From Labilithrix sp. (lineage in GTDB: Bacteria; Myxococcota_A; Polyangia; Polyangiales; Polyangiaceae), in the NCBI GenBank assembly GCA_019637195.1, contig JAHBWA010000020.1:50032-82031 (forward strand): 32,000 nt of DNA, given 5' to 3'. The notes below the pieces were generated by a model. It ran no database searches, had not been told where the DNA came from, and saw only the letters and a list, made by a program, of their open reading frames with translations. The position numbers and the translations under genes are program-made. Positions 1 to 7,556 of this stretch are shown here, one piece after another (within the stretch, counting starts at the first letter, position 1; every line of letters starts with the position of its first letter).

Positions 1-240
1 TGCTCCGAGTACGCCGGCGCCTACCTCGCGCAGAACGAGGTCCTCCTCACGTCGAGCTGCTCGAAGCTCGGCGGCACGTTCGTCTACGCCGAGTGCCCGA
101 ACACGTCCGTCGTCGGGGCGTGCACCCTGTCGACGGGTGAGGTCCGCAAGTTCTATGGCACCGGCGCGAGCGCGTACGAACCGGAGCGCGCCCGCCAGGA
201 GTGCGAGAGCTCGTTTCACGGCGGCTGGCAGGCGCGGTAG
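1..240 (+). CDS. 3' end of a CDS entering from upstream; Cys-rich hypothetical protein (last 79 aa)
   Basis: Frame 1 is open from base 1 to TAG at 238-240 (CSEYAGAYLAQNEVLLTSSCSKLGG...ECESSFHGGWQAR*). Third positions are almost all G/C, as in the confident genes. It is absent from the ORF track because it is open-ended. Confidence 0.55.
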   Translation, partial: CSEYAGAYLAQNEVLLTSSCSKLGGTFVYAECPNTSVVGACTLSTGEVRKFYGTGASAYEPERARQECESSFHGGWQAR

Positions 241-348
241 GTCCGTCGGAACCACCATGGACTACATGGTGGGCGGTCCGGCTTGACCGGTCGAAACGCG
301 CCAAAAAAGCCGTTCGAGCGCCTTCGAAGCCGGGTAGTGTCGGCCGCG

Positions 349-1614
349 ATGGACACCAGAGGCCAACGGGTGGGGGAGCCGCGGTTTCGGCGGCGCGTCG
401 ACTGGACCCAGCTCCTCGTGCTCGTCGTCCTCGTGCTCGTCGTCGTGTTCGCGTTCGCGAACAAGGTCGGCGCGCAGCCCAGCGGCGCTCGAGGGGCCGG
501 GGCAGCCGCGGCGGCGGCGAAGCTCAAGCCCGCGGACGCGAAGGTCACCGCGACGCCGCCGGCGACGGACGCCGCCGAGGCGAAGGCCGCCCCCCACGAA
601 GGGGCGGGCGCGTCCGCGAGCGACAACGTGGCCGCGAGCGACAAGAAGAGCGCCGAGGCCACGGAGCACGACGAGCCCGTCGACCAGCTCGGCACGGCCG
701 TCCTGGTCGATCCGAGCAAGGGCGGCGTCCCGATCCACGAGGACGGTCTCTTTCGGTCGCCGTTCGCCTCGCCGAACAAGCCGCACGTCCACGCGCGCGT
801 CGGTCTCTTGCTCGAGACGGTCGAAGAGTTCGACATCAAGAAGGGGGCGTTCACCGCGCATTTTTACCTGTCGCTCACGAGCGACAAGCCGATGCCGGCG
901 AAGATCGATCTCAAGCCGACGAACGGCAAGATCGAGGAGCGCGATCTCCTCGCCGATCTCCCGACCTTCAAGATGTGGAAGATCACCGGCACGTTCCACA
1001 TCCAGCCCGATCTCCACTCGTACCCGTTCGACACGCAGGAGCTCGACATCGAGCTGGAGGACGACTCCAACGGTCAGGACATCCTCACGCTGCACCCCGA
1101 CGTCGACCACACGTTCCTCGACGCGGGCTTCAACGTTCCGGGCTGGGACACGTCGTTCCTCCGCGCGCGGATCCTCACGCACTACTACCCGGACCGGTTC
1201 GACAACGACGATCTCTACTACTCGAGGTTCATGTTCACGCTCGGCGTGAAGCGCTTCGCGACGAGCGCGGTCTTCACCGTCTTCGTCCCGGCGCTCGTCA
1301 TCGTCATGATCTCGCTCTCGGGCCTGTGGTTCCCGCGCACCGAGCTCGAGGTCCGCTCCAACGCGACGACGCCGATGCTCGCTGCGGCGGTGCTCTTCCA
1401 CTTCGCGCTCATGCAGGAGCTCCCGGCGACGGCCTACCTCTCCCGAGCCGACAAGCTGATGATGGGCGTCTACGGGTGCCTCTTCCTTCACATGGTGTCG
1501 TCGTGGATCTGGTTCGTCTTCGACGAGCGCCACACCGACGTGATCTTCCGCTGGGCCAAGTACATCTGCGCTCCGATCACGTTCGTCGTCATGGCGATCG
1601 CGATCGCGCTCTGA
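349..1614 (+). CDS. Prokaryotic pentameric ligand-gated ion channel (Cys-loop receptor superfamily, GLIC/ELIC-like) homologue with N-terminal anchor and Ala-rich linker
   Basis: ORF 283..1614; ATG at 349 is preferred and TTG at 283 is possible. It carries the signature loop YPFDTQELDIELE (GLIC has YPFDSQTL), a pre-M1 GVKR, then four hydrophobic helices (AVFTVFVPALVIVMISLSGLWF, TTPMLAAAVLFHFALMQEL, LMMGVYGCLFLHMVSSWIWFVF, ICAPITFVVMAIAIAL). The M3-M4 loop is very short, as in bacterial members. Confidence 0.8.
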   Translation: MDTRGQRVGEPRFRRRVDWTQLLVLVVLVLVVVFAFANKVGAQPSGARGAGAAAAAAKLKPADAKVTATPPATDAAEAKAAPHEGAGASASDNVAASDKKSAEATEHDEPVDQLGTAVLVDPSKGGVPIHEDGLFRSPFASPNKPHVHARVGLLLETVEEFDIKKGAFTAHFYLSLTSDKPMPAKIDLKPTNGKIEERDLLADLPTFKMWKITGTFHIQPDLHSYPFDTQELDIELEDDSNGQDILTLHPDVDHTFLDAGFNVPGWDTSFLRARILTHYYPDRFDNDDLYYSRFMFTLGVKRFATSAVFTVFVPALVIVMISLSGLWFPRTELEVRSNATTPMLAAAVLFHFALMQELPATAYLSRADKLMMGVYGCLFLHMVSSWIWFVFDERHTDVIFRWAKYICAPITFVVMAIAIAL

Positions 1615-1620
1615 CCGAGG

Positions 1621-2127
1621 ATGACGACGATGTCCCATCGCGCTTCGTTGAAACGAACCGTCGTCGCCGCGCTCGCGGTGTCGTGCGCGGTTCCGCTCGT
1701 CGGCTGTCACCGCTCGCAGGAGTACGAGGCGACCGTCGAGGTCACCCGCCTGAGCGCGGCTCGCAAGGACGAGACAGGCAGGACGACCTCGGCCGACGTC
1801 GAGCTCAACTACGTCGACTGCCCGGGGACGCAGACCGACGTGGTACGCGGCGGGAGCGAGTTCTCCGCCTGCGTGGAGAAGCTCAAGGTCGGGGACCGGG
1901 TCAAGGTCAAGCTCGAGCACCGGTGGGACGCCGCGGGGCATTACACGTTCGACGTCCTCGACATCGCCGGATGCCCCCGCATGCCCGATCCGAACGACGA
2001 GGCGTCGTTCAAGATCATCCGCGAGTGCTCCGACTGGCGCGTCAACGGCGCCGCCGTCGGGTTCCAGTGCAATTACGAGGACAAAGCCGACCTCACCAAG
2101 GCGTGCCCCTGGTTCAGGAAGCGCTGA
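1621..2127 (+). CDS. Cys-rich lipoprotein of unknown family (paralogue of 4365..4889)
   Basis: ATG lies 6 nt after the channel gene stop. Signal peptide with lipobox PLVGC. Six further conserved Cys and a C-terminal CPWFRKR. Clearly alignable over its full mature length with the 4365..4889 product. Confidence 0.8.
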   Translation: MTTMSHRASLKRTVVAALAVSCAVPLVGCHRSQEYEATVEVTRLSAARKDETGRTTSADVELNYVDCPGTQTDVVRGGSEFSACVEKLKVGDRVKVKLEHRWDAAGHYTFDVLDIAGCPRMPDPNDEASFKIIRECSDWRVNGAAVGFQCNYEDKADLTKACPWFRKR

Positions 2128-2217
2128 ACGGGCGCTCGTCGTGAGCGCGAGACGCGATCCTCGCAGGGTGGCTCTCTTGTCGCTCCCGCGCATCCGGGAT
2201 AACGGCAGACGAGGCCG

Positions 2218-4200
2218 ATGCTCGCGTTTGGTGCAGTAAGAGCCGTCCGCCGCGTGCTCCACGGCGCGGCGGCGGGGGCGGTGGCCGCGCTGGCGATCGC
2301 GCTCGTCGACCTCGTCGGTCGCGACCGGCTCGGCAACGGCGGTGTGTCGGGGCACCTGGCGGCGATCTCGGCGCTCTTCGTGGCGGTCGGCGCGGGCCTC
2401 ATGGCGAGCGTCGTCGCCGCGACGCTCGCCGCGTCGTCGATCGTCGGCGGCTCGCGTCGCTGGCTCGCCTTCCGTCGCTCGGACGTCGTGGTCGCCGCGC
2501 TGGTCGCCGCGGCCGTGGGCGCCGCCCTGCAGAAGGTGACGCTCCACGGTCCGTTCGCCAAGCTGACGAGCTTCGTCCCGGTGGTCGGCGTCGTCGGTGC
2601 CTTCGTCACGGCCCTCGTCTGGCGGCGGCGCGCCGAGCGCGCGCGCCGGCGCTTTGCGGTCGCGCTGCACGTCGTCGTCGCGCTCGCGCTCGGGCTCGGC
2701 TTGCTCTGGCTCGACCTCCGCGTGCTCCGCGGACGCCACAGCGGCGCGCACCTCGCCCTCGAGATCGGCGCGTTCTTCGCCTTCGGCGGGGCCGTCGCGC
2801 TCGCGACGCGCCGGGTCGCGTGGGGCCGCCGGCCCGTGGTGCTCGTCGGGGCCGCCGCCTTCGCGTGGTCGGCGCTCTTCTTCGTCTCGCCCGACCGGCG
2901 GCGCGACCGCTTCATCGCGCTGAGCCACCTCACGGCGGATCCGTCGATCGCGGGGAACCTCTACGCCCAGTCGCTGCCGCTGATGGGGCGCATCGAGGGG
3001 CCGGCGCCGGCGCGCCTCGACATCGAGCGGTGGCAGAGCGGCGAGCACGAGACGTCCGAGCAGACCGAGTCCGCCGCGCGGCTCCGCCTGGGCTGCCCCG
3101 ACTGCAACATCGTCGTCTACTTCGTCGACACGCTGCGCGCCGACACGGCGGCCGATCCCGACGTCATGCCCGCGGCGTCCTTCTTCACCAAGTCGTCGAT
3201 CCGCTTCCCGCAGACGTATTCGACGGCGTCGGACACGCTGCGCGCGCTCTCCAGCCTGCTCGTGGGGCGGTACGACGGCCAGCCGGACGAGCGCGAGGGG
3301 AGCGTGCTCAAGCGGGTGCGCTCGCGCGGCCTCGACAACGCGCTCTTCATCTCCACGTCGGCGAACGACTACCTCCAGGCGCAGCTGCCGGAGTTTCGCT
3401 TCGACGAGGTCGTCGCGCTCCCGGATCACTCGCCCGACGTCGAGGTCTGGGGCTACGGCGCCGACACGCCGACCGGCGACGCCGTGGCGCGGTCGGCGCT
3501 GTCGTGGATGAACGCGCACCGCGACTCCCGCTTCTTCGCGTGGATCTACAACTTCGATCTGCACGGCTGGCGGCAGATGAAGGACGAGCACGTGGGGCCC
3601 GTCGACGAGGTCGCGCGCCCCGACGCCCGCTACCGCGCCGTCGCCGGCCTGGTCGATCAGAGCTTCCGCTCGATGATCGAAGGCCTCGAGGAGCTCAAGC
3701 TGGCCGACCGCACGATCGTCCTTCTGCTCTCGGACCACGGCGAGGCGCTCGGCTACCGCGGGTTCTGGACCCACTCTACGTTCCTCTGGCAGTCGCTCAT
3801 CCGCGTGCCCCTCGCGATCCGTGTCCCGGGCCTCGAGCCGCGCGAGGTCACGCACCAGGCGTCGCTCGTCGACATCGCGCCGACGATCTCGCGCTTCGTC
3901 GACCCGGCCGCCAACATGAGCGGGTTCCACGGCGTCGACCTGATGCGCTTCTACGTCGACCCCGAGGCGCAGCGCGGGCTCCCGCTCCTCTTGCACGCCA
4001 GCAGCGAGGGCAAGGCGACGATGTACGGCGTGGTTGCCGGCGGGCGGAAGCTGATCCTCCCGAGCGCCGGCGGGCCGCCCTTGCTCCACGATCTCGAGGG
4101 CGACGATCCCGACGAGACCGATCTCGCGATGGCCGAGCCCAACGACACCGCGAACCTGCTCGACCTCCTCGTCGCGTCGCCGATCGTCACGATCCAGTAG
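2218..4200 (+). CDS. Membrane-anchored sulfatase-like hydrolase/transferase (alkaline phosphatase superfamily)
   Basis: About 230 aa of N-terminal hydrophobic helices, then NIVVYFVDTLRADT and LLLSDHGEALG motifs typical of sulfatase/LtaS/MdoB-type domains. No C/S-x-P-x-R formylglycine motif seen. Confidence 0.75.
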   Translation: MLAFGAVRAVRRVLHGAAAGAVAALAIALVDLVGRDRLGNGGVSGHLAAISALFVAVGAGLMASVVAATLAASSIVGGSRRWLAFRRSDVVVAALVAAAVGAALQKVTLHGPFAKLTSFVPVVGVVGAFVTALVWRRRAERARRRFAVALHVVVALALGLGLLWLDLRVLRGRHSGAHLALEIGAFFAFGGAVALATRRVAWGRRPVVLVGAAAFAWSALFFVSPDRRRDRFIALSHLTADPSIAGNLYAQSLPLMGRIEGPAPARLDIERWQSGEHETSEQTESAARLRLGCPDCNIVVYFVDTLRADTAADPDVMPAASFFTKSSIRFPQTYSTASDTLRALSSLLVGRYDGQPDEREGSVLKRVRSRGLDNALFISTSANDYLQAQLPEFRFDEVVALPDHSPDVEVWGYGADTPTGDAVARSALSWMNAHRDSRFFAWIYNFDLHGWRQMKDEHVGPVDEVARPDARYRAVAGLVDQSFRSMIEGLEELKLADRTIVLLLSDHGEALGYRGFWTHSTFLWQSLIRVPLAIRVPGLEPREVTHQASLVDIAPTISRFVDPAANMSGFHGVDLMRFYVDPEAQRGLPLLLHASSEGKATMYGVVAGGRKLILPSAGGPPLLHDLEGDDPDETDLAMAEPNDTANLLDLLVASPIVTIQ

Positions 4201-4364
4201 CGCGGAGGACCCGCGGCATACGTCGACGATGCGTCTTACGACGTTGCACGGAGCAACGGTCGTGAACGCTGCGCGGTGGGGTCTCTCGACCGCGGAGCGA
4301 TTGGCGCGCACCGCGCGTGAGAATTCGAGGGCTCGACGTGGAGCGCCATGGTAATCGATGAAGC

Positions 4365-4889
4365 ATGCACGTCGGCGCATGCGTCGAGCGTCCTCGGAGA
4401 AGGCGGCGCTGCGCGTCGTGCGTCGCGCTCGTCGCGACGCTGGCGACCGCGTTGGCGGTGAGCGCGTGTCACCGCCCGAAGCACTACGAGACGACGGTCG
4501 AGATCACGCGCGTCTCGACGGTGCGCACGGACGAGGCGAAGAAGCCGCTCGTCCTCGACGTCGAGGTCGCGTACTCCGAGTGCCCCGGAGGACAGCTCGA
4601 GGTCGTCCGCGGCGGCGCCGACTTCGCGTCCTGCGCCCAGAAGCTCAAGGTCGGCGACAAGGTCAAGGTCGGCATCGATCACGAGTGGACGGAAGAGGGC
4701 CACTACAAGTGGACGGTCCGCACGCTCGGCGAGTGCTCACGCGTCGCCGATCCGAACGACGAAGCGTCCTACGCGCTCGTCCGTGAGTGCGACGACTGGA
4801 CCGTGAACGGGACGCGCGTCGGCTTCCAGTGCAGGTACATCCCGGAGCAGAACCTCGTCGACAAGTGCCCCTGGTTCAAGCGGCGCTGA
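4365..4889 (+). CDS. Cys-rich lipoprotein of unknown family (paralogue of 1621..2127)
   Basis: Lipobox AVSAC. Shares with 1621..2127 the motifs CHR, YE.TVE.TR, VVRGG..F..C..KLKVGD.VKV, GHY, DPNDEAS, RECDDW.VNG..VGFQC and CPWFKRR. Confidence 0.8.
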   Translation: MHVGACVERPRRRRRCASCVALVATLATALAVSACHRPKHYETTVEITRVSTVRTDEAKKPLVLDVEVAYSECPGGQLEVVRGGADFASCAQKLKVGDKVKVGIDHEWTEEGHYKWTVRTLGECSRVADPNDEASYALVRECDDWTVNGTRVGFQCRYIPEQNLVDKCPWFKRR

Positions 4890-4919
4890 CGCCCGCGCCC
4901 GGGGGCGGGACGACGTCAG
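4886..4919. terminator. Hairpin between convergent genes (possible bidirectional terminator)
   Basis: CTGACG (4886-4891) pairs with CGTCAG (4914-4919), with an inner CCCGC/GCGGG stem. The + gene stop codon lies inside the 5' arm. There is no U-tract. Confidence 0.3.
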
Positions 4920-4929
4920 GAGCCGTCGT

Positions 4930-5925
4930 TCACGTCGGGCCGAGCGCGCAGTCCCGCGCGAGATCGAGGCCGCCGAAGAAGTCCTCGACGAGCCGCTCCC
5001 ACGCGACGCGGTTGTCCTCGCTCACGCACTTGAACGGCGGTTCGAGCGGCGCGCCCTCGAGGATGGCCTCGTGCTCGCGGAAGTACCGGAGCGCGAGCTC
5101 CGCGGCGTACTCGCGGACGTCGCGCGTCCGCTCGTCGAAGGGGTAGTACGTCCCGTCGGGCACGCGCGTGTCGTGCGGGGCGAAGTCGCCGAAGCACTCG
5201 TGGTCGCTGCCGCAGCGGTGCACGATGCCCTCGAACAGCTCGCCGAGCGCGCTGGCGGACCAGCCCCCGCGCCGCTCGTCGTTGAGGTGGAACAGCTCGT
5301 GGAAGACGGTCTCGAGGACGTCGCGCTCGTTCGTGTGGAGCGGGCCCTCGAGGTTGTAGCCGACGACGCCGCCCTGGCCCCACGCCGACGGGAACGCGCG
5401 CGTCTCGGTGCTGAAGAAGACGAACGCGTCGGGGTGGAGGCGAAAGTCGATCGGGCGCGGCGCTCGCGCGGCGAGCCGCGTGAAGACGGCGTCGTAGCGG
5501 TCGAAGCTCGCGATGAGCCAGGCGAGGTGCTGGCGATGGTCGCCGAGCGGGAGCGCGGGGCGGGTAGGGACGCGCGTCCCCGCGTAGGTCCCTTGCGACC
5601 GCGTGGTGTCGACGCCCGGCAGCACGCCGGTCTTCGCGTAGAGCGAGCGCGCGAGCTCGAGCGCCTCGGCGTCGCCCGCGAAGCGGAACGCGATCAGGCA
5701 CTCGGCGTGCTCACGCGCCGACAGCGTGGCCGGGCACGCCTTGCCGCAGGTGCCCGGCGCGAGATCGGCGCACATCCGGCGGATCGCGCGGCCTTGCGCG
5801 GGCGAGCGCGGCGCGACCGCGTGACGCGACGGACCGGACCCGGCGGACGTGGGGCGCGGGCGGCAGCCGACGGAGAGGACCGCGCACGAGAGCGCGAGAG
5901 CGCAGGCGACGGCGCGTCGCTTCAC
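4930..5925 (-). CDS. Putative zinc metallopeptidase lipoprotein (HExxH)
   Basis: The C-terminal 331 aa of ORF 4930..6750 look genuine. A GTG at 5925-5923 gives VKRRAVACALALSCAVLSVGC (lipobox). HELFH motif in ETVFHELFHLNDERRGGW. The GTG overlaps the upstream stop as GTGA. Confidence 0.7.
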   Translation of the reverse strand: MKRRAVACALALSCAVLSVGCRPRPTSAGSGPSRHAVAPRSPAQGRAIRRMCADLAPGTCGKACPATLSAREHAECLIAFRFAGDAEALELARSLYAKTGVLPGVDTTRSQGTYAGTRVPTRPALPLGDHRQHLAWLIASFDRYDAVFTRLAARAPRPIDFRLHPDAFVFFSTETRAFPSAWGQGGVVGYNLEGPLHTNERDVLETVFHELFHLNDERRGGWSASALGELFEGIVHRCGSDHECFGDFAPHDTRVPDGTYYPFDERTRDVREYAAELALRYFREHEAILEGAPLEPPFKCVSEDNRVAWERLVEDFFGGLDLARDCALGPT

Positions 5926-6644
5926 TTCGTGAGGATGAACGCCACCGCGGCGAGCCCAAGGAGGATCGCGAGGACGATCGCCAGGAGCTTCACCGACGCC
6001 AGCGTGTTCGGGGTAGACGGCGCCGCGGGCGTGGTCTTGGCGCGCGGCTTCGGCCTGGGGCGGTCCACCGCGAGCTCGTCGTCCTCGTCCTCGTCCTCGC
6101 TCGCGGCCGCGGCGCCGTCGGCGCGCTTTCGACGCTCGAGGCGCTCGAGCTCGGCGTCGCGCCGCTTCGCGCGCGCGAGCGCCTTCTTCGACGTCGGCTC
6201 CGCGCCGGGGCGCGCCGGGGTCGCCGCGCGGCTCTTCTTTGCCTTCTGCTTCTGGCGCATCGCCGCGGCGCGCGCCTTCTGCCGAGCGCGCTTGGCCTCG
6301 GCCTTCACGCGCTTCTTCTCTTTCTTCTGCGCGGCGCGCTCCTCGCGTGCCTGCTTCGCGAGGGCGAAGGCTTCGGGATCGAGCCGTTCGTCCGGGAGCT
6401 CCGGCTCGGGCTCGTCTTCCTCTTCTTCGTCGTCCTCCTCGTCTTCCTCGCCCGGGAAGAGATCGTCGAGCCAGCCCTCGTCGAGCGCGTCGACGTCGGG
6501 GCTGGACGGGGCGGGGAGCGGCGCGGCCTTCGCGCTCGGCGTGGCGGGCGCGGCGCCGACCTCGGGAGACGGAGCAGTCGCCCAGCCGTCCTCGAGCTCT
6601 TCGAGGAGATCGCGTGTGCTGTCCTGGCGGCTGCGCTCGACCAT
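5922..6644 (-). CDS. Highly charged low-complexity protein with C-terminal transmembrane anchor
   Basis: ATG at 6644. An acidic block (EEDEEDDEEEEDEPEPE), then a K/R/A-rich block, a second acidic block and a terminal helix VKLLAIVLAILLGLAAVAFILTK. Its stop overlaps the downstream start (GTGA). Confidence 0.65.
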   Translation of the reverse strand: MVERSRQDSTRDLLEELEDGWATAPSPEVGAAPATPSAKAAPLPAPSSPDVDALDEGWLDDLFPGEEDEEDDEEEEDEPEPELPDERLDPEAFALAKQAREERAAQKKEKKRVKAEAKRARQKARAAAMRQKQKAKKSRAATPARPGAEPTSKKALARAKRRDAELERLERRKRADGAAAASEDEDEDDELAVDRPRPKPRAKTTPAAPSTPNTLASVKLLAIVLAILLGLAAVAFILTK

Positions 6645-6749
6645 CGGATTGGCGCGGGTACCCTAGCCGCATTCTTCCGAGATTTCCATCGACTACCGCC
6701 GGGGCGAGGCGCGTCCTGCGCGGGAGCGACGCGCTCCGCGGGACCGACA

Positions 6750-6900
6750 CGCTCTGCCGGAGCTTGGAGCGTCAGCTCCGGGAGCGCCGCGCTCTGCCGG
6801 AGCTTGGCGCATCAGCTCCGGCCGCGACACGCTGTGCCGGAGCTTGGCGCGTCAGCCCGGCGGCGCCGCGCTGCTGCCGGAGCTTGGCGCGTCAGCACGG
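6750..6900. repeat. Tandem array, 4 units of about 40 bp, each with a hairpin-forming core
   Basis: Units start at 6750, 6790, 6830 and 6869 (CGCTCTGCCGGAGCTTGGxGCxTCAGCTCCGG...). In units 1-2, CCGGAGCT pairs with AGCTCCGG (8 bp, 9-nt loop); units 3-4 are degenerate. Unit 4 contains the receiver gene stop codon (6892-6894). Confidence 0.85.
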
Positions 6901-7266
6901 ACGCGCGGTGAGGCGACCGACGATCCGCCGGACCAGCTCGGCCGGGAGGATCGGCTTGCGGAGGAAGGCGTCGCAGCCCGCGCGCCACGCGCGGAGGCGG
7001 TGCTCGTCCTCGCTGAAACCGGTGACCGCCATCACGTAGATGTCCTTCGTGCGAGGGTCCTTCTTCAGCCGCTGGGTCGCGGTCCATCCGTCGACGCCCG
7101 GCATCGCGAGGTCCATCACGACGACGTCGGGCTCGAGCTCCTTCGCCTTCGCGATCGCCTGCGCGCCGTCGTCGACGGCGACGACGCGGAAGCCGGCGAA
7201 GCGCAGGTAGTCGGCGTAAATCCGCCGCGTGTCCTCGTAGTCGTCGGCCACGAGCACGAGGGGCAT
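6892..7266 (-). CDS. Single-domain response regulator (CheY-like receiver)
   Basis: MPLVLVADDYEDTRR...VVVMDLAMPGVDG...VMAVTG...FLRKP shows the acidic pair, phospho-acceptor Asp, Thr and Lys of receiver domains. ATG at 7266 chosen within ORF 6892..7386. Confidence 0.85.
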   Translation of the reverse strand: MPLVLVADDYEDTRRIYADYLRFAGFRVVAVDDGAQAIAKAKELEPDVVVMDLAMPGVDGWTATQRLKKDPRTKDIYVMAVTGFSEDEHRLRAWRAGCDAFLRKPILPAELVRRIVGRLTARPC

Positions 7267-7511
7267 CTTCAGGGTGGTGCGCTTCACTATCCCAAGGATG
7301 ACGCTCGGCGGGCCGTTCGAAAATGAGGTGATGCGCCGCGTAGTCGCGTGTCGGAGCACCGCGCCTGCATCGAGGGCATCGGCCATCGACGCCGGTGACG
7401 TCGAGCTGCGCTGTCGGAGGCCGATCTCGGGGCCCGCGCGGCCGGGGTGCCGCGCACGCGGATCGCAGCTCGGCCGCCCGCGTCGTCGTCATCGTCCCTG
7501 CGCGCCCGAGG

Positions 7512-7556
7512 ACAAAATAGGCACGAGGGCGAGCCGGTCACCCGGTCGCCCTCGTG
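7512..7556 (-). terminator. Rho-independent terminator (minus strand)
   Basis: Minus-strand read: CACGAGGGCGACCGG-GUGA-CCGG(C)UCGCCCUCGUG. This is a 15-bp stem with one bulge and a GNRA loop, followed by CCUAUUUUGUCC. Confidence 0.65.

Noticed and set aside
262-4380. 1372-aa minus-strand ORF, plus other long overlapping ORFs such as 201..2144 and 2820..4265
   Set aside because: These lie antisense or out of frame to four well-supported + strand genes. Their translations are Arg/Ala/Gly/Pro/Asp-rich with no motifs. This is the expected shadow-ORF effect of about 70% GC DNA with few stop codons.
4930-6750. The full 606-aa reading of this ORF
   Set aside because: The N-terminal 275 aa are Arg/Gly/Ala-rich nonsense overlapping the better-supported 5922..6644 gene in another frame. 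A GTG at 5925 followed by a lipoprotein signal gives a coherent 331-aa protein.
6750-6900. Tandem arrays (here and at 10423, 18231 and 20089) as CRISPR arrays
   Set aside because: The units are directly contiguous with no unique spacers. Copy numbers are 2-4, unit lengths and structure do not fit CRISPR repeats, and no cas genes are present.
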